From the NCBI GenBank assembly GCA_963829855.1, contig CAWHKE010000009.1, forward strand, positions 4,202 through 68,201: a stretch of 64,000 bases of DNA. The letters are read 5' to 3'. A model generated the notes under the pieces. That model worked only from the letters and a program-made list of their open reading frames with translations. It was not told where the DNA came from and did not search any database. Shown here one piece after another: positions 31,419 to 41,054 of the stretch (positions within the stretch are counted from its first letter, which is position 1; each line of letters opens with the position of its first letter). This DNA comes from an uncultured Actinomycetota bacterium (lineage in GTDB: Bacteria > Actinomycetota > Actinomycetes > Propionibacteriales > Nocardioidaceae). The translations under genes and the position numbers were made by a program.

Positions 31419-31574
31419 CGCGAGTCGTGGGTAAATCGGCCCGAGTCGTGAGGAAATTGGCCCGAGTCGTGAGGAAATCGAGTCGAGTGGTGAACTCATT
31501 CGTTCGGGCCTGCGATTTCGTCACGAATGGACCGGATTCAGTCACGACTCGCGCCGAATCAGGCACGACTCGCG
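31419..31574. repeat. Array of 21-bp repeats: 4 forward units (CGAGTCGTG at 31421, 31442, 31463; degenerate unit at 31484) facing 3 inverted units (degenerate CACGAATGG at 31522; CACGACTCG at 31543 and 31564)
   Basis: I read this directly from the sequence. The period is exactly 21 nt on both arms. The array fills the whole 159-nt gap between the rnhA stop (31416) and the racemase stop (31576). The outermost units pair as an imperfect long hairpin. Confidence 0.85.
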
Positions 31575-31575
31575 G

Positions 31576-32265
31576 TCAGGCGAGGGCGCGGTCGAGGGCC
31601 GCGTTGACGTGCAGCGTCGTGCAGGGGTACGCCGGGACGTCGAGGTCGGACTGCCGGATCAGCAGCTCGAGCTCGGTGCAGCCGACGAGGATCCCCTGGG
31701 CGCCGTCGTCCCAGAGCTCGTCGATGATCTCGACCACGCGGCGGCGGGTCCGGTCCAGGACGTGGCCGTGCACCAGCTCGTCGTAGATCGCGGAGTTGAG
31801 GTAGTCGTGGTGGTCGGCCGTGGGGACGACGACCTCGACTCCTTGGTCGGCCATCCGGTCGATGAAGAACCGGTCCGACATCGCCACCGCGGTCCCGATG
31901 AAGCCGACCTTGGTCGACTCGGCGGCCCGGACGGCGTCGGCGACCACGTCGGCGAGGTGGAGCAGCGGGATGTCGACCGCCGCCGCAACCTGGTCGGCCA
32001 CCTTGTGGAACGTCGTCGTGCAGAGCAGCAGGAAGTCCGCGCCCGCCCGCTCGACGCCCTGCGCGGCCTCGCCGAGGAGCTGCCCGATCCGGTCCCACCG
32101 TTCGGCGTCCTCGAGGGCGGTGAGCTCCGCGAAGTCGACCGTGCTGAGGACCAGCTTCGGCGACGAGAGACCACCCAGCCGCTCCTGCATGCCGACGTTG
32201 AGGTCGCGGTAGTAGACGAGGCTGGACTCCCAGCTCATGCCTCCGACGAGTCCGATGGTCTGCAC
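31576..32265 (-). CDS. Aspartate/glutamate racemase family protein
   Basis: VQTIGLVGGMSWESSLVYYR...LLLCTTTFH...ILVGCTELELL carries the two catalytic Cys motifs. The start is set at the GTG at 32265. Confidence 0.85.
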   Translation of the reverse strand: MQTIGLVGGMSWESSLVYYRDLNVGMQERLGGLSSPKLVLSTVDFAELTALEDAERWDRIGQLLGEAAQGVERAGADFLLLCTTTFHKVADQVAAAVDIPLLHLADVVADAVRAAESTKVGFIGTAVAMSDRFFIDRMADQGVEVVVPTADHHDYLNSAIYDELVHGHVLDRTRRRVVEIIDELWDDGAQGILVGCTELELLIRQSDLDVPAYPCTTLHVNAALDRALA

Positions 32266-32288
32266 GGGTGGCAGTCTGCCACCCGGCG

Positions 32289-33320
32289 TCAGGGCTTGCG
32301 GCCGCGTACCACCCGAGCGAAGGGCAGCTCGACGAACTCGACGTCGATGAAACCGGTGCGCTCCAGCTCCGACTGCAGGTCCTCGGCGCTCCGGTCCGGG
32401 ATCCCCCACGCGCCGTGCAGCAGGGCGTCCAGGGCGTAGTCGCGGCCGTCGACCGTGCGGAGCTCCGCCACGTCGGCCACGGGCTCCTGCAGCAACGGCG
32501 CCCGCACCATGCCGCCGCTGCGGAGCGAGCTGAACAACACCTGCAGTGCAGCCTCGCGGGCACCCTCGGGAAAGAAGAACTGGCTCCAGAAGGCGAAGTC
32601 GAACGAGTCGGGACGCGAGAACGTCGTGGCGTCGCCGAGCACGATCTCCATCCGGTCCTCGAGGCCCAGTCGGTGGGAGCGCTCCCGCGCCACGTCCGCC
32701 AGCTCCTCGCTGAGCTCGACGCCCACCCCGCGCACGTTCGGGTAGAGCTGCAGGATCGTGCTCATCCCGCCGGCGACCCCGCACCCCAGCTCCAGGTAGC
32801 TGCCGCCTCGCTCGAGCAAGGGGGTGAGCACGTCGTCGGTCGCGATCGCCCGGGCCAGCAGCTCGAGCGTCCCGGGCGACTCCGGGTCGAGGGAGACGCC
32901 CACGGCGTAGGCGGTGCGGTCATCGGCGGTCGTCGTCCAGTAGTCCGCGAGCCCGTCGACGGCGTCCTCGACCATCCGGCTACGCGCCTCCCGGAACCGC
33001 AGGACGCGCAGCAGGTCCGTGGGAGGGTCCGGCAGCAGCAACGGCCGCCAGCGCTCGGTCACGACGAACCGACCGTCGTCGAGGTCGAGCACGTCGTACG
33101 CCGTGAGCGCGGTCAGGACTCGGCGGACGCGGTCCACGGGGCGCTCGAGACTGGCGGCCAGCTCCTCCGCGGTCGCGGGCTCGGCCGCAGCCTGGACCAG
33201 CCCGAGCCGCCAGGCGCCACGGACGAGCGCGAGCGCCTCGTGGCCGGCGAAGGTGCCCGACACCTCGCGCAGCGCCTGCATGTACGCGAGGCTCGGCCCC
33301 GCCTCGGCTTCCTCGGGCAT
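32289..33320 (-). CDS. Class I SAM-dependent methyltransferase with an N-terminal winged-helix-like domain
   Basis: YLELGCGVAGGMSTIL (motif I) and the ...GVELSEELADVARER spacing are present. The N-terminus resembles an O-methyltransferase dimerisation/HTH domain. The start is the internal ATG at 33320. Confidence 0.8.
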   Translation of the reverse strand: MPEEAEAGPSLAYMQALREVSGTFAGHEALALVRGAWRLGLVQAAAEPATAEELAASLERPVDRVRRVLTALTAYDVLDLDDGRFVVTERWRPLLLPDPPTDLLRVLRFREARSRMVEDAVDGLADYWTTTADDRTAYAVGVSLDPESPGTLELLARAIATDDVLTPLLERGGSYLELGCGVAGGMSTILQLYPNVRGVGVELSEELADVARERSHRLGLEDRMEIVLGDATTFSRPDSFDFAFWSQFFFPEGAREAALQVLFSSLRSGGMVRAPLLQEPVADVAELRTVDGRDYALDALLHGAWGIPDRSAEDLQSELERTGFIDVEFVELPFARVVRGRKP

Positions 33321-33331
33321 GGCGAGTCTCC

Positions 33332-34078
33332 TCAGTCGATGCGGTGGACCTTGTGCTGGGCGGCCTGGGCCCGGGGCCGGATCACCAGCTCGTCGATGTT
33401 GACGTGGGAGGGCCGGGTGGCGATCCACGAGATCGCATCGGCGACGTCCTCGGCGACCAGCGGGTCGGGGACACCGGCGTAGACGGCGTCGGCCTTGCTG
33501 GCGTCGCCCTCGAACCGGACCAGCGCGAACTCGTCGGTGCGGACCATGCCGGGCGCGATCTCCGAGATCCGGATCGGCTCCCCGTTGAGCTCGAGCCGCA
33601 ACGTCTCGGTCAGCACCTTCGTGCCGTGCTTGGCCGCCGTGTAGCCGCCGCCGCCCTCGTAGGCGACCCGGCCGGCGGTCGAGCCGACGTTGACGATCAG
33701 GCCGTCTCCGCTCGCGCGGAGGGCCGGCAGCAGCGCCTGGGTGACGTGGAGCGTGCCGAGGACGTTGACCTCGAACATCGCCCGCCACTGCTCGGGGTCG
33801 GCCGTCGCCACCGGATCTGCGCCGAACGCGCCGCCGGCGTTGTTGACCAGCACGTGCACCGGCTCGCCGACGGCGTCGGCGAGGGCAGCCACCGAGGTGG
33901 GGTCGGTCACGTCGCAGACCGCCGCCGTCCCACCGATCTCCGCCGCCAGCGGTTCGATCCGCTCAGAGCGGCGTGCGGCGCACCAGACGTGGAAGCCGTC
34001 GGCGGCGAGGGCGCGCGCGGTGGCGGCTCCGATGCCGCTGCTCGCACCGGTGACGACGGCCGTGCGGGGTACGCTCAT
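33332..34078 (-). CDS. SDR family oxidoreductase
   Basis: AVVTGASSGIGAATARAL, NNAG and the YTAAKHG catalytic YxxxK are present. Confidence 0.88.
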   Translation of the reverse strand: MSVPRTAVVTGASSGIGAATARALAADGFHVWCAARRSERIEPLAAEIGGTAAVCDVTDPTSVAALADAVGEPVHVLVNNAGGAFGADPVATADPEQWRAMFEVNVLGTLHVTQALLPALRASGDGLIVNVGSTAGRVAYEGGGGYTAAKHGTKVLTETLRLELNGEPIRISEIAPGMVRTDEFALVRFEGDASKADAVYAGVPDPLVAEDVADAISWIATRPSHVNIDELVIRPRAQAAQHKVHRID

Positions 34079-34133
34079 GGGCGCGATTCTGCCCTTTGGC
34101 ACAATCGGGCGTCCCACCCGACAGGAGTTGTGC

Positions 34134-34526
34134 ATGAGCCTGCGTGTCTTCGCGCTGGTGACGGGTCTGCTCGGTGGTGGCTGCTGGGTGGCACGGTGGG
34201 GGGCGGACCTGGCAGGCAGTGCACCGACGTGGTCCGACAGCGTCTACTGGGCCGGGCTGGGGTTGCTCGGCCTCGCCCTGGCCTGTGCCGGCAGTGGCCT
34301 GGTCAGCCGGAGCGCGCTCTGGTTGCGCCTGATCGTCGCGGTGGCGTTACCCCTGCTCGTCTGGTCGGTGTACGCCGTGGTGAAGGGCGACGACGACGCC
34401 CTGATGCTCGACGGCGTGCTCGGCGCGGTCGCCATCGTCGGGTCGCTGGCCCTCTTCGCGACCTCGGGCCGGCACGTCGACGGCTCGGAGCCGCCCCGGC
34501 GCGCCCCCGGCTCGCACGCCCGCTGA
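34134..34526 (+). CDS. Small integral membrane protein (4 predicted TM segments)
   Basis: MSLRVFALVTGLLGGGCWVARW...VYWAGLGLLGLALACAGSGLV...LRLIVAVALPLLVWSVYAVV...VLGAVAIVGSLALFA is present. ACAGGAG lies 7 nt upstream of the ATG. Confidence 0.6.
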   Translation: MSLRVFALVTGLLGGGCWVARWGADLAGSAPTWSDSVYWAGLGLLGLALACAGSGLVSRSALWLRLIVAVALPLLVWSVYAVVKGDDDALMLDGVLGAVAIVGSLALFATSGRHVDGSEPPRRAPGSHAR

Positions 34527-34562
34527 CCGGCCTGCCGCCGCCGTACCGACGGGCCGGACGGA

Positions 34563-35882
34563 ATGAACGACGGCCGGACGTCGTTATGGCTCTTCGGAGC
34601 ATCGGGTCGAGCGGCAGGAGACGGCGTGGACGGGCTGCAGCGGGTGGCGATGATCAGCCTGCACACCTCCCCGCTCGACCAGCCGGGCATCGGCGACGCC
34701 GGCGGCATGAACGTCTACGTGCTCGAGCTGTCGAAGCGGCTCGCCCGGCGGGGAATCGAGGTCGACATCTTCACGCGGGCGACGACCTCCGAGCTGCCGC
34801 AGGTGGCGCCCGCCGGTGACGGCGTCACGGTGCGTCACATCACGGCAGGTCCGTTCGAGGGCCTGACCAAGGGTGAGCTGCCGGGCCAGCTGTGCGTGTT
34901 CGCACGCGAGGTGCTGCGGGCGGAGGCCTCCCAGCCGCTCGGCCACTACGACGCCGTGCACAGCCACTACTGGCTGTCGGGCCAGGTCGGGGCGCTCGCC
35001 CGCGACCGGTGGGGCGTGCCGCTCGTCCACTCCATGCACACCATGGCCAAGGTCAAGAACGACGCCCTCGCCGACGGCGACACCCCGGAGCCCGAGGGGC
35101 GGATCATCGGCGAGGAGCAGGTGGTCGAGGCGGCCGACATGCTGGTCGCGAACACCGACCTCGAGGCCACCCAGCTGATCGAGCTGTACGGCGCCGACCC
35201 GGGCCGGGTGGAAGTGGTCCACCCCGGGGTCGACCTCGACGTGTTCCGGCCCCACGACCGGCGGGCGACCCGTCGCGAGCTCGGGCTGGCCGAGGACGCC
35301 CACGTGCTCCTGTTCGCCGGCCGGATCCAGCCCCTGAAGGCGCCCGACGTGCTGCTGCGCGCCGTCTCCGAGCTGCTGCGCCGCGATCCCGGCCTGCGCT
35401 CACGGCTGGTCGTCCCCGTGGTGGGCGGGCCGTCGGGGTCGGGGCTCGACCACCCCGAGTCGCTGGCCGAGCTCGCGGGGGAGCTCGGGCTCGACGGCGT
35501 CGTCCGGTTCGTGCCGCCGGTGACGCAGCCCGACCTGAGCCGCTGGTGCGCCGCGGCCGACCTGGTCGCGGTGCCGTCCTACAACGAGTCCTTCGGTCTG
35601 GTCGCCGTCGAGGCCCAGGCCTCGGGGACCCCGGTCGTCGCGGCGGCGGTCGGCGGGCTCACGACGGTGGTCCGCGACGAGGTCTCCGGTCTGCTGGTCG
35701 ACAGCCACGACGCGACGGCCTGGGCGGGCGCGCTGCAGCGGGTGATCGGCGACGAGGCGCTGCGCGACCGGCTCGCCGCCGGTGCCCTCGAGCACGCCCG
35801 TTCCTTCTCGTGGGAACGCACCGCGGACGCCACCCTGGACGTCTACCACCAGGCACGCGAGACCATGGCCGCGTGGGTGTGA
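34563..35882 (+). CDS. mshA: D-inositol-3-phosphate glycosyltransferase (mycothiol biosynthesis)
   Basis: [46 protein letters not shown] is present, plus the GT4 C-terminal motif [23 protein letters not shown]. The start may be later. Confidence 0.9.
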   Translation: MNDGRTSLWLFGASGRAAGDGVDGLQRVAMISLHTSPLDQPGIGDAGGMNVYVLELSKRLARRGIEVDIFTRATTSELPQVAPAGDGVTVRHITAGPFEGLTKGELPGQLCVFAREVLRAEASQPLGHYDAVHSHYWLSGQVGALARDRWGVPLVHSMHTMAKVKNDALADGDTPEPEGRIIGEEQVVEAADMLVANTDLEATQLIELYGADPGRVEVVHPGVDLDVFRPHDRRATRRELGLAEDAHVLLFAGRIQPLKAPDVLLRAVSELLRRDPGLRSRLVVPVVGGPSGSGLDHPESLAELAGELGLDGVVRFVPPVTQPDLSRWCAAADLVAVPSYNESFGLVAVEAQASGTPVVAAAVGGLTTVVRDEVSGLLVDSHDATAWAGALQRVIGDEALRDRLAAGALEHARSFSWERTADATLDVYHQARETMAAWV

Positions 35883-36379
35883 CGGATCCGACCAGCGCGG
35901 CCGCGGTGCTGCGGGAGTACCTCGCGGACGCCGGGCTCGATCACGAGGAGATCGCCGACGGCGTCTTCACGGTGACGATGCCGGGAGAGCGCAAGCTCCA
36001 GGTCCCGGTCCGGCTCGACGTCGGGCCGCACGCGCTCGGCGTGCACGCCTTCGTCTGCCGCCGGCCGGACGAGGACCACGAGGTGGTCTACCGGTGGCTG
36101 CTCCAGCGCAACCTGAAGATGTACGCCGTGGCGTTCGGGATCGATCCGCTCGGCGACATCTACCTCGACGCCCGGCTACCGCTCGCGATGATCAGCCCCG
36201 ACGAGATCGACCGGCTGCTCGGCTCGGTGCTGACCTACGCCGACGAGTCGTTCAACACGATCCTCGAGCTCGGCTTCGGGACCGCCATCCGCAAGGAGTG
36301 GGAGTGGCGCGTCTCGCGCGGCGAGTCGACCCGCAACCTGGACGCGTTCCGCGGCTGGCTCGGCGTCACGGACGAGTGA
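35879..36379 (+). CDS. YbjN domain-containing protein (Rv0487-like)
   Basis: The GTG overlaps the mshA stop (GTGTGA). The partnership downstream of mshA is conserved. The sequence includes [17 protein letters not shown]...[20 protein letters not shown]. Confidence 0.8.
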   Translation: MTDPTSAAAVLREYLADAGLDHEEIADGVFTVTMPGERKLQVPVRLDVGPHALGVHAFVCRRPDEDHEVVYRWLLQRNLKMYAVAFGIDPLGDIYLDARLPLAMISPDEIDRLLGSVLTYADESFNTILELGFGTAIRKEWEWRVSRGESTRNLDAFRGWLGVTDE

Positions 36380-37289
36380 GGACCGGCGGCTCGTCACGGG
36401 CGGCCGCCGTCGGCCGGCGGCGCGCGACCGCGACGCCGACCAGCGCCAGCGCCCCTCCGACGTACGCCATGGCGGGCGGGGCCTCGTCGAGGAACACCAG
36501 CCCCATGACGATCGTGATGGGCGGGACCAGGTAGGTCGTCACGCCCAGGTTGCTGGCGCTCATGTGGCGCAGCGCGTAGGCGTACGTCGTGAAGGCGATC
36601 GCCGTCGGGAAGACGCCGAGGTAGACCAGCCACCACACCGAGGCGGCGGGCGCCTCCTGCAGCTCCGACCAGAGTGAGCCCGCGAACGGCAGGCACGCGA
36701 CCATGCCTACCGAGCAGGCGAGCCAGGTGACGTCGACGCCGCGGAGGCTGGCCACGAGCGGCTTCTGGAGGACCAGGCTCACGGCGTAGACGGCGGCTGC
36801 GAGCAGGCACAGTCCGACGCCGAGGACGTCGCGGTCGCCGCCGGGTGAGGTCGAGACCGCGATCAGCACGACGCCGCCGAACGCCAGCGCCAGCCCGATC
36901 ACGAGGAACCGGGTGAACTTCTCGTCCAGGAACAGGGCGGCCAGCACCGCGATCAGGATCGGCGACACCTGGATCAGCATGGCTGCGGTGCCGGCGTCGA
37001 CCCGCTGCTCGCCCTCGTTGAGGGCGACGTTGTAGACGCCGAACCACAGCACCCCGATCACCACGATCGAGCCCCACTGCCCTCGCGTGGGGCGGGGTAC
37101 GCCGCCTGCCAGCGCCACGACGCCGAGACAGAGCGAGCCGACGACGAGCCGGCCGAGCGAGAGCGGCCCGGGTGAGAACGAGTCACCCAGGTAGCGGATG
37201 GCCACGAACGCCGACGCCCAGAACACCAGTGTCGTCGCCACGGCCGCCAGCGGCAGCCAGCTGGGCGGGGTCCGCGTCAGGTCCTTCAC
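36366..37289 (-). CDS. DMT superfamily (EamA) transporter
   Basis: It has 10 TM segments and two EamA repeats (LVFWASAFVAIRYL..., VYLGVFPTAIAFTTYAYALRH). Confidence 0.85.
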   Translation of the reverse strand: MKDLTRTPPSWLPLAAVATTLVFWASAFVAIRYLGDSFSPGPLSLGRLVVGSLCLGVVALAGGVPRPTRGQWGSIVVIGVLWFGVYNVALNEGEQRVDAGTAAMLIQVSPILIAVLAALFLDEKFTRFLVIGLALAFGGVVLIAVSTSPGGDRDVLGVGLCLLAAAVYAVSLVLQKPLVASLRGVDVTWLACSVGMVACLPFAGSLWSELQEAPAASVWWLVYLGVFPTAIAFTTYAYALRHMSASNLGVTTYLVPPITIVMGLVFLDEAPPAMAYVGGALALVGVAVARRRPTAAARDEPPVLTRP

Positions 37290-37386
37290 CGGCTCAGCCT
37301 AGGAAGCCCGGCCCTCCCCGGTCGCGCGGTTTTCGGACGGCGCACGGCGACATCCCGCCAGTCGGCTCGGGTCGTGGACCCGTCCC

Positions 37387-38064
37387 TCACAGGTCCAGCT
37401 TGTAGCCCAGCCCGCGCACGGTGACGAGAAAGCGGGGCTCGGACGGGTTCGGCTCCAGCTTGGCGCGCAACCGCTTCACGTGGACGTCGAGGGTCTTGGT
37501 GTCACCGACGTAGTCGGAGCCCCACACCCGGTCGATCAGCTGGCCGCGGGTGAGCACGCGCCCCGCGTTCCGCAGGAACATCTCGAGCAGCTCGAACTCC
37601 TTGAGCGGGAGCCGCTGCTGCTCTCCGTTCACGGTCACCACGTGCCGCTCGACGTCCATCCGCACCGGGCCGGCCTCGAGCGCGGCGGGGGCGTGGTCGG
37701 GCTCGACGCCGCGGCGCAGCACGGCCCGGACCCGGGCGACCAGCTCGCGGGGCGAGTACGGCTTGGTGACGTAGTCGTCGGCGCCGAGCTCGAGCCCGAC
37801 CACCTTGTCGACCTCGTCGTCCTTCGCCGACACCATGATCACCGGCACGCTCGACGTGGCCCGGATCTGGCGGCACACCTCCGTGCCCGGGATGCCGGGG
37901 AGCATCAGGTCGAGCAGCACGATGTCGGCGCCGTTGCGCTCGAACTCGGTGAGCGCGTCGTGCCCGTTGGTCGCGATCGCGACCTCGAAGCCTTCCTTGC
38001 GCAGCATGTAGGAGAGCGCATCGCTGTAGCTCTCCTCGTCCTCGACGACGAGTACCCGGGTCAC
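37387..38064 (-). CDS. regX3: OmpR/PhoB-family response regulator (RegX3/PhoP type)
   Basis: VLVVEDEESYSDAL...DIVLLDLMLPGIPGTEVC...GADDYVTKPYSPRELVARV is present, with the winged-helix C-terminus TVRGLGYKL. A GTGA overlap links it to the kinase gene. Confidence 0.93.
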   Translation of the reverse strand: MTRVLVVEDEESYSDALSYMLRKEGFEVAIATNGHDALTEFERNGADIVLLDLMLPGIPGTEVCRQIRATSSVPVIMVSAKDDEVDKVVGLELGADDYVTKPYSPRELVARVRAVLRRGVEPDHAPAALEAGPVRMDVERHVVTVNGEQQRLPLKEFELLEMFLRNAGRVLTRGQLIDRVWGSDYVGDTKTLDVHVKRLRAKLEPNPSEPRFLVTVRGLGYKLDL

Positions 38065-39215
38065 CGGTCTGTCTCCTGCTTCCTGCGGGGCAGCGTGAGG
38101 GTGAACGTCGATCCTTGCCCTTCCACGGACCAGACGCTGATGTCGCCGCCGTGGGTGGCCGCGACGTGCTTGACGATCGAGAGGCCGAGGCCGGTGCCGC
38201 CGGTGGAGCGGTGCCGGGCCGGGTCGACCCGGTAGAACCGCTCGAAGATCCGGCCGACCTCGTGCTCGGGGATGCCGATGCCCTGGTCGACCACGGAGAT
38301 CTCCACGCTCTCGGGGAGCCCCTTGGTCGACACCAGCACGGTGGATCCCTCGCCGGAGTAGGCGATGGCGTTGGCGACCAGGTTCGCGACGGCGGCCGTG
38401 ATCTGCTCGGCGTTGCCCAGGACCTCCAGGTCGGACGTGCCGCCGCTGACGACCGAGATCCGCGCGGCGTCCGCGTCGATCGCGCTGGTGTCGACGGCGG
38501 TCTTGACGACCTCGTCGACCTGGACCGGCACGGGGGTGTCGATCGGGTCGTCGGCCTGCAGCCGCGACAGCTCGATGATCTGCTGGACGAGCCGGGTGAG
38601 CCGCTCGGACTCGGTGATCATCCGGCCGCTGAAGCGTTGCACGGCCTCCGGGTCCTCGGCCGCGTCGTGCACGGCCTCGGCGAGCAGCCTGATCGCGCCG
38701 ACCGGCGTCTTCAGCTCGTGGCTCACGTTGGCCACGAAGTCGCGCCGGACCGCCTCGATCTGCCGCTCCCGCGTCCGGTCCTCGACCAGCGCGAGCACGA
38801 GCCGGGAGCTGAGCGGGGCCACGCGGGCGGTGACGTGTCGAGGTGACAGGCCGTCGGGACGGCTCATGAGCAGCTCGGTCTCGCGGATGGTCCCGTCGCG
38901 GCGTACCTGCTCGACGAGGCCGGCCAGCTCGGTCGACACGAGGGCGTGGCCCTTGACCAGGCCGAGGGAGTACGCCGGTGCGCTGGCCTTGACCACGACG
39001 TCGTCCTCGCCGAGCACGACCGCGCTGCTGCGGAGCACCGAGAGCACGGTGGCGACGCCCGGTGGGAGGACGGGTTCCTCGACCGGCGGCGGCGTGCGCT
39101 GGAGCCGGTCGCTGAGGGCCCACGCGAAGACCGCGGCGGCGGCGACGCCCGCGCCGATCAGCGCGGCGAGCAGCGCCTGGGTCGTCCCGTCCACGCTCCC
39201 AGGGTACGCAGCCAT
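38061..39215 (-). CDS. senX3: Sensor histidine kinase (SenX3/PhoR type)
   Basis: The H-box FVANVSHELKTPVGAI, the N-box LVANAIAYS and the G-boxes DQGIGIP, GGTGLGLSIVKH are present. Confidence 0.9.
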   Translation of the reverse strand: MAAYPGSVDGTTQALLAALIGAGVAAAAVFAWALSDRLQRTPPPVEEPVLPPGVATVLSVLRSSAVVLGEDDVVVKASAPAYSLGLVKGHALVSTELAGLVEQVRRDGTIRETELLMSRPDGLSPRHVTARVAPLSSRLVLALVEDRTRERQIEAVRRDFVANVSHELKTPVGAIRLLAEAVHDAAEDPEAVQRFSGRMITESERLTRLVQQIIELSRLQADDPIDTPVPVQVDEVVKTAVDTSAIDADAARISVVSGGTSDLEVLGNAEQITAAVANLVANAIAYSGEGSTVLVSTKGLPESVEISVVDQGIGIPEHEVGRIFERFYRVDPARHRSTGGTGLGLSIVKHVAATHGGDISVWSVEGQGSTFTLTLPRRKQETDR

Positions 39216-39254
39216 TCACCGGCGATTTCGACGGCGGACGGACCGCCGTCGACT

Positions 39255-39279
39255 GTTCACCATGCGTTCACGCGTTCAC
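39255..39279. promoter_or_regulatory. PHO-box-like direct repeats (GTTCAC x3) in the senX3/phoU divergent region
   Basis: GTTCAC occurs at 39255, 39266 and 39274 (spacing 11 and 8 nt), and aTTCACC at 39214. They match the GTTCACC core of actinobacterial PhoP/RegX3 direct-repeat units. Confidence 0.45.
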
Positions 39280-39315
39280 CCCGTCCCGTCACCTGCCCTG
39301 CCTAGGGTGTCGGTC

Positions 39316-39966
39316 ATGCGTGAGGCTTTCCATGACCAGCTCGACTCCGTGTTCGAGGATCTCGCCGGCATCTGCCGCAGCGTCGAGACCGCGGTGGCGC
39401 TCGCGAGCCAGGCGCTCCTCGAGGGCGACGCCCAGGTGGCCGAGCGGGTCATCAGCTCCGACGCCGACATCGACGCGGCCCGCGAGCAGGTCGAGGACAC
39501 CTGCTTCACGCTGCTCTCGCTGCAGCAGCCGGTCGCGGGCGACCTCCGGGTCGTCGTGTCGGCGCTGAGGATGGTGAGCGAGCTCGAGCGGATGGGCGAC
39601 CTCTCGGTGCACGTCGCGAAGATCGCCCGGCTGCGGGTGCCCGGCATGGCCGTGCCCGACCAGGTCCGGCCGACGATGTCCCAGATGGCCGAGGTCGCCC
39701 GCGACATGGTCGCCCGCGTCTCGCAGATCATCACCACCAAGGACGTCGAGGCCGCGATCGCGCTCGGCCGCGACGACGAGGTGATGGACCGGCTGCGCCG
39801 GCAGAGCTTCCGCGAGCTGCTGTCCGACGACTGGGCTCACGGAGTCGAGGCGGCCGTCGACCTGGCACTGCTCGGGCGCTACTACGAGCGGATCGCCGAC
39901 CACGCCGTGTCGGTCGCCAACCGGATCGTCTTCGTCGTCACCGGCCAGCAGCCCGTCGACGCCTGA
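39316..39966 (+). CDS. phoU: Phosphate signalling complex protein PhoU
   Basis: It has two PhoU repeats, including the typical ...LRMVSELERMGDLSVHVAKIA... and ...LGRYYERIADHAVSVANRI. Confidence 0.93.
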   Translation: MREAFHDQLDSVFEDLAGICRSVETAVALASQALLEGDAQVAERVISSDADIDAAREQVEDTCFTLLSLQQPVAGDLRVVVSALRMVSELERMGDLSVHVAKIARLRVPGMAVPDQVRPTMSQMAEVARDMVARVSQIITTKDVEAAIALGRDDEVMDRLRRQSFRELLSDDWAHGVEAAVDLALLGRYYERIADHAVSVANRIVFVVTGQQPVDA

Positions 39967-39986
39967 CCGACCGGTCGTCGCGCGGC

Positions 39987-41054
39987 TCAGCGGCGGAGCA
40001 GCAGCGCCGAGTCGCCGAACTCGTGCCAGAGATAGCCCTCGGCCGTCGCTGCGTCGTACGCCGCCTGCGTCAGCCCGGCACCGGCGACGGCCTCGACGAG
40101 CAGCAGGTGCGAGGCCCCCGGGTCGTGCCATCCGGTGACCAGCCCGTCGACCACCTGCGGCGGGTCCGCCGGCGTCACGACCCGCTCGGTCCAGCCCCGG
40201 CGCGCGACGACCCGCTCGCCGTCGACGGCCGACTCGAGGGCGCGCGTCACGGTGGTCCCGACCGCCACGACCCGCCCGCCGGCCGCGCGGGTGGCGGTGG
40301 CCAGGCGCGCGGTCGCGGCCGGCACGTCGTACCACTCCGGCTGCGGCGCCTCGCCCGCCTCCTGCGACGAGAAGCCGGTGTGCAGCGTGATGGGGGCGAC
40401 GCCGACCCCACGCGCCACGAGCCGGGTGACGACCTCGTGCGTGAACGGTCGGCCGGCCGACGGCATCTCGGCGCTGCCGGGCTCGGTGCCGAAGACCGAC
40501 TGGTAGGCCGACAGCGGGAACCGACCGTCGAGGTAGCCGTAGCTGATCGGCCGGCCGTCACGGCGCAGCGCGCCGACGAGGTCACCGTCGACCCGGGCCC
40601 GCCACAGCCGGTTGCCCGTCCCGGTCGGGGAGGAGTCGGCCGCCGGGTACGGCGCCACGAGCGTCAGCGTGAACGCGGCGGTGCCGACCCGGTCGCCCGG
40701 AGCCGCGTCGAGCACGGCCCGGGCCGCGTCCGGGGCGGTGCGGAGCTCGACGACCCGGCAGAGGTCGTCGAGCCGGGACCCGACGTGCACGACCACCCTC
40801 GTGCCCGAGCCGGTGCGCTCCCACCGGGCGTCGAGCTGACCGGCGACCGTCGCCGAGTTGTTGACGACCAGGAGGTCGCCGGGGCGCAGGTGGTCGGGCA
40901 GGTCGGCGAACCGCGCGTGGCGGATCCCGGCCGGGTCGCCGACCAGCAGCCGGACGTCGTCCCGCCCGAGCCCCCGCGCCTCGGCCGGCGACGCCGCGAA
41001 GGCGGTGGCCGGCGCCGTGAACGTCGTCGTGGGGCGCAGCGTCAGCGTCGTCAC
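39987..41054 (-). CDS. queA: S-adenosylmethionine:tRNA ribosyltransferase-isomerase
   Basis: It is collinear with E. coli QueA: DLLVVNNSATV (DLLVFNNTRV), YQSVFGTEPGSAEMPSAGRPF ([21 protein letters not shown]), VAVGTTVTRALES (IAVGTTSVRSLES). The GTG start overlaps the upstream SDR stop (GTGA). Confidence 0.88.
   Translation of the reverse strand: MTTLTLRPTTTFTAPATAFAASPAEARGLGRDDVRLLVGDPAGIRHARFADLPDHLRPGDLLVVNNSATVAGQLDARWERTGSGTRVVVHVGSRLDDLCRVVELRTAPDAARAVLDAAPGDRVGTAAFTLTLVAPYPAADSSPTGTGNRLWRARVDGDLVGALRRDGRPISYGYLDGRFPLSAYQSVFGTEPGSAEMPSAGRPFTHEVVTRLVARGVGVAPITLHTGFSSQEAGEAPQPEWYDVPAATARLATATRAAGGRVVAVGTTVTRALESAVDGERVVARRGWTERVVTPADPPQVVDGLVTGWHDPGASHLLLVEAVAGAGLTQAAYDAATAEGYLWHEFGDSALLLRR

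Noticed and set aside
31419-31574. Possible CRISPR array, considered because of regularly spaced short repeats
   Set aside because: The units abut each other with a 21-bp period, leaving no unique spacers of about 30 bp. Both orientations occur in one array, and no cas genes are in the window.
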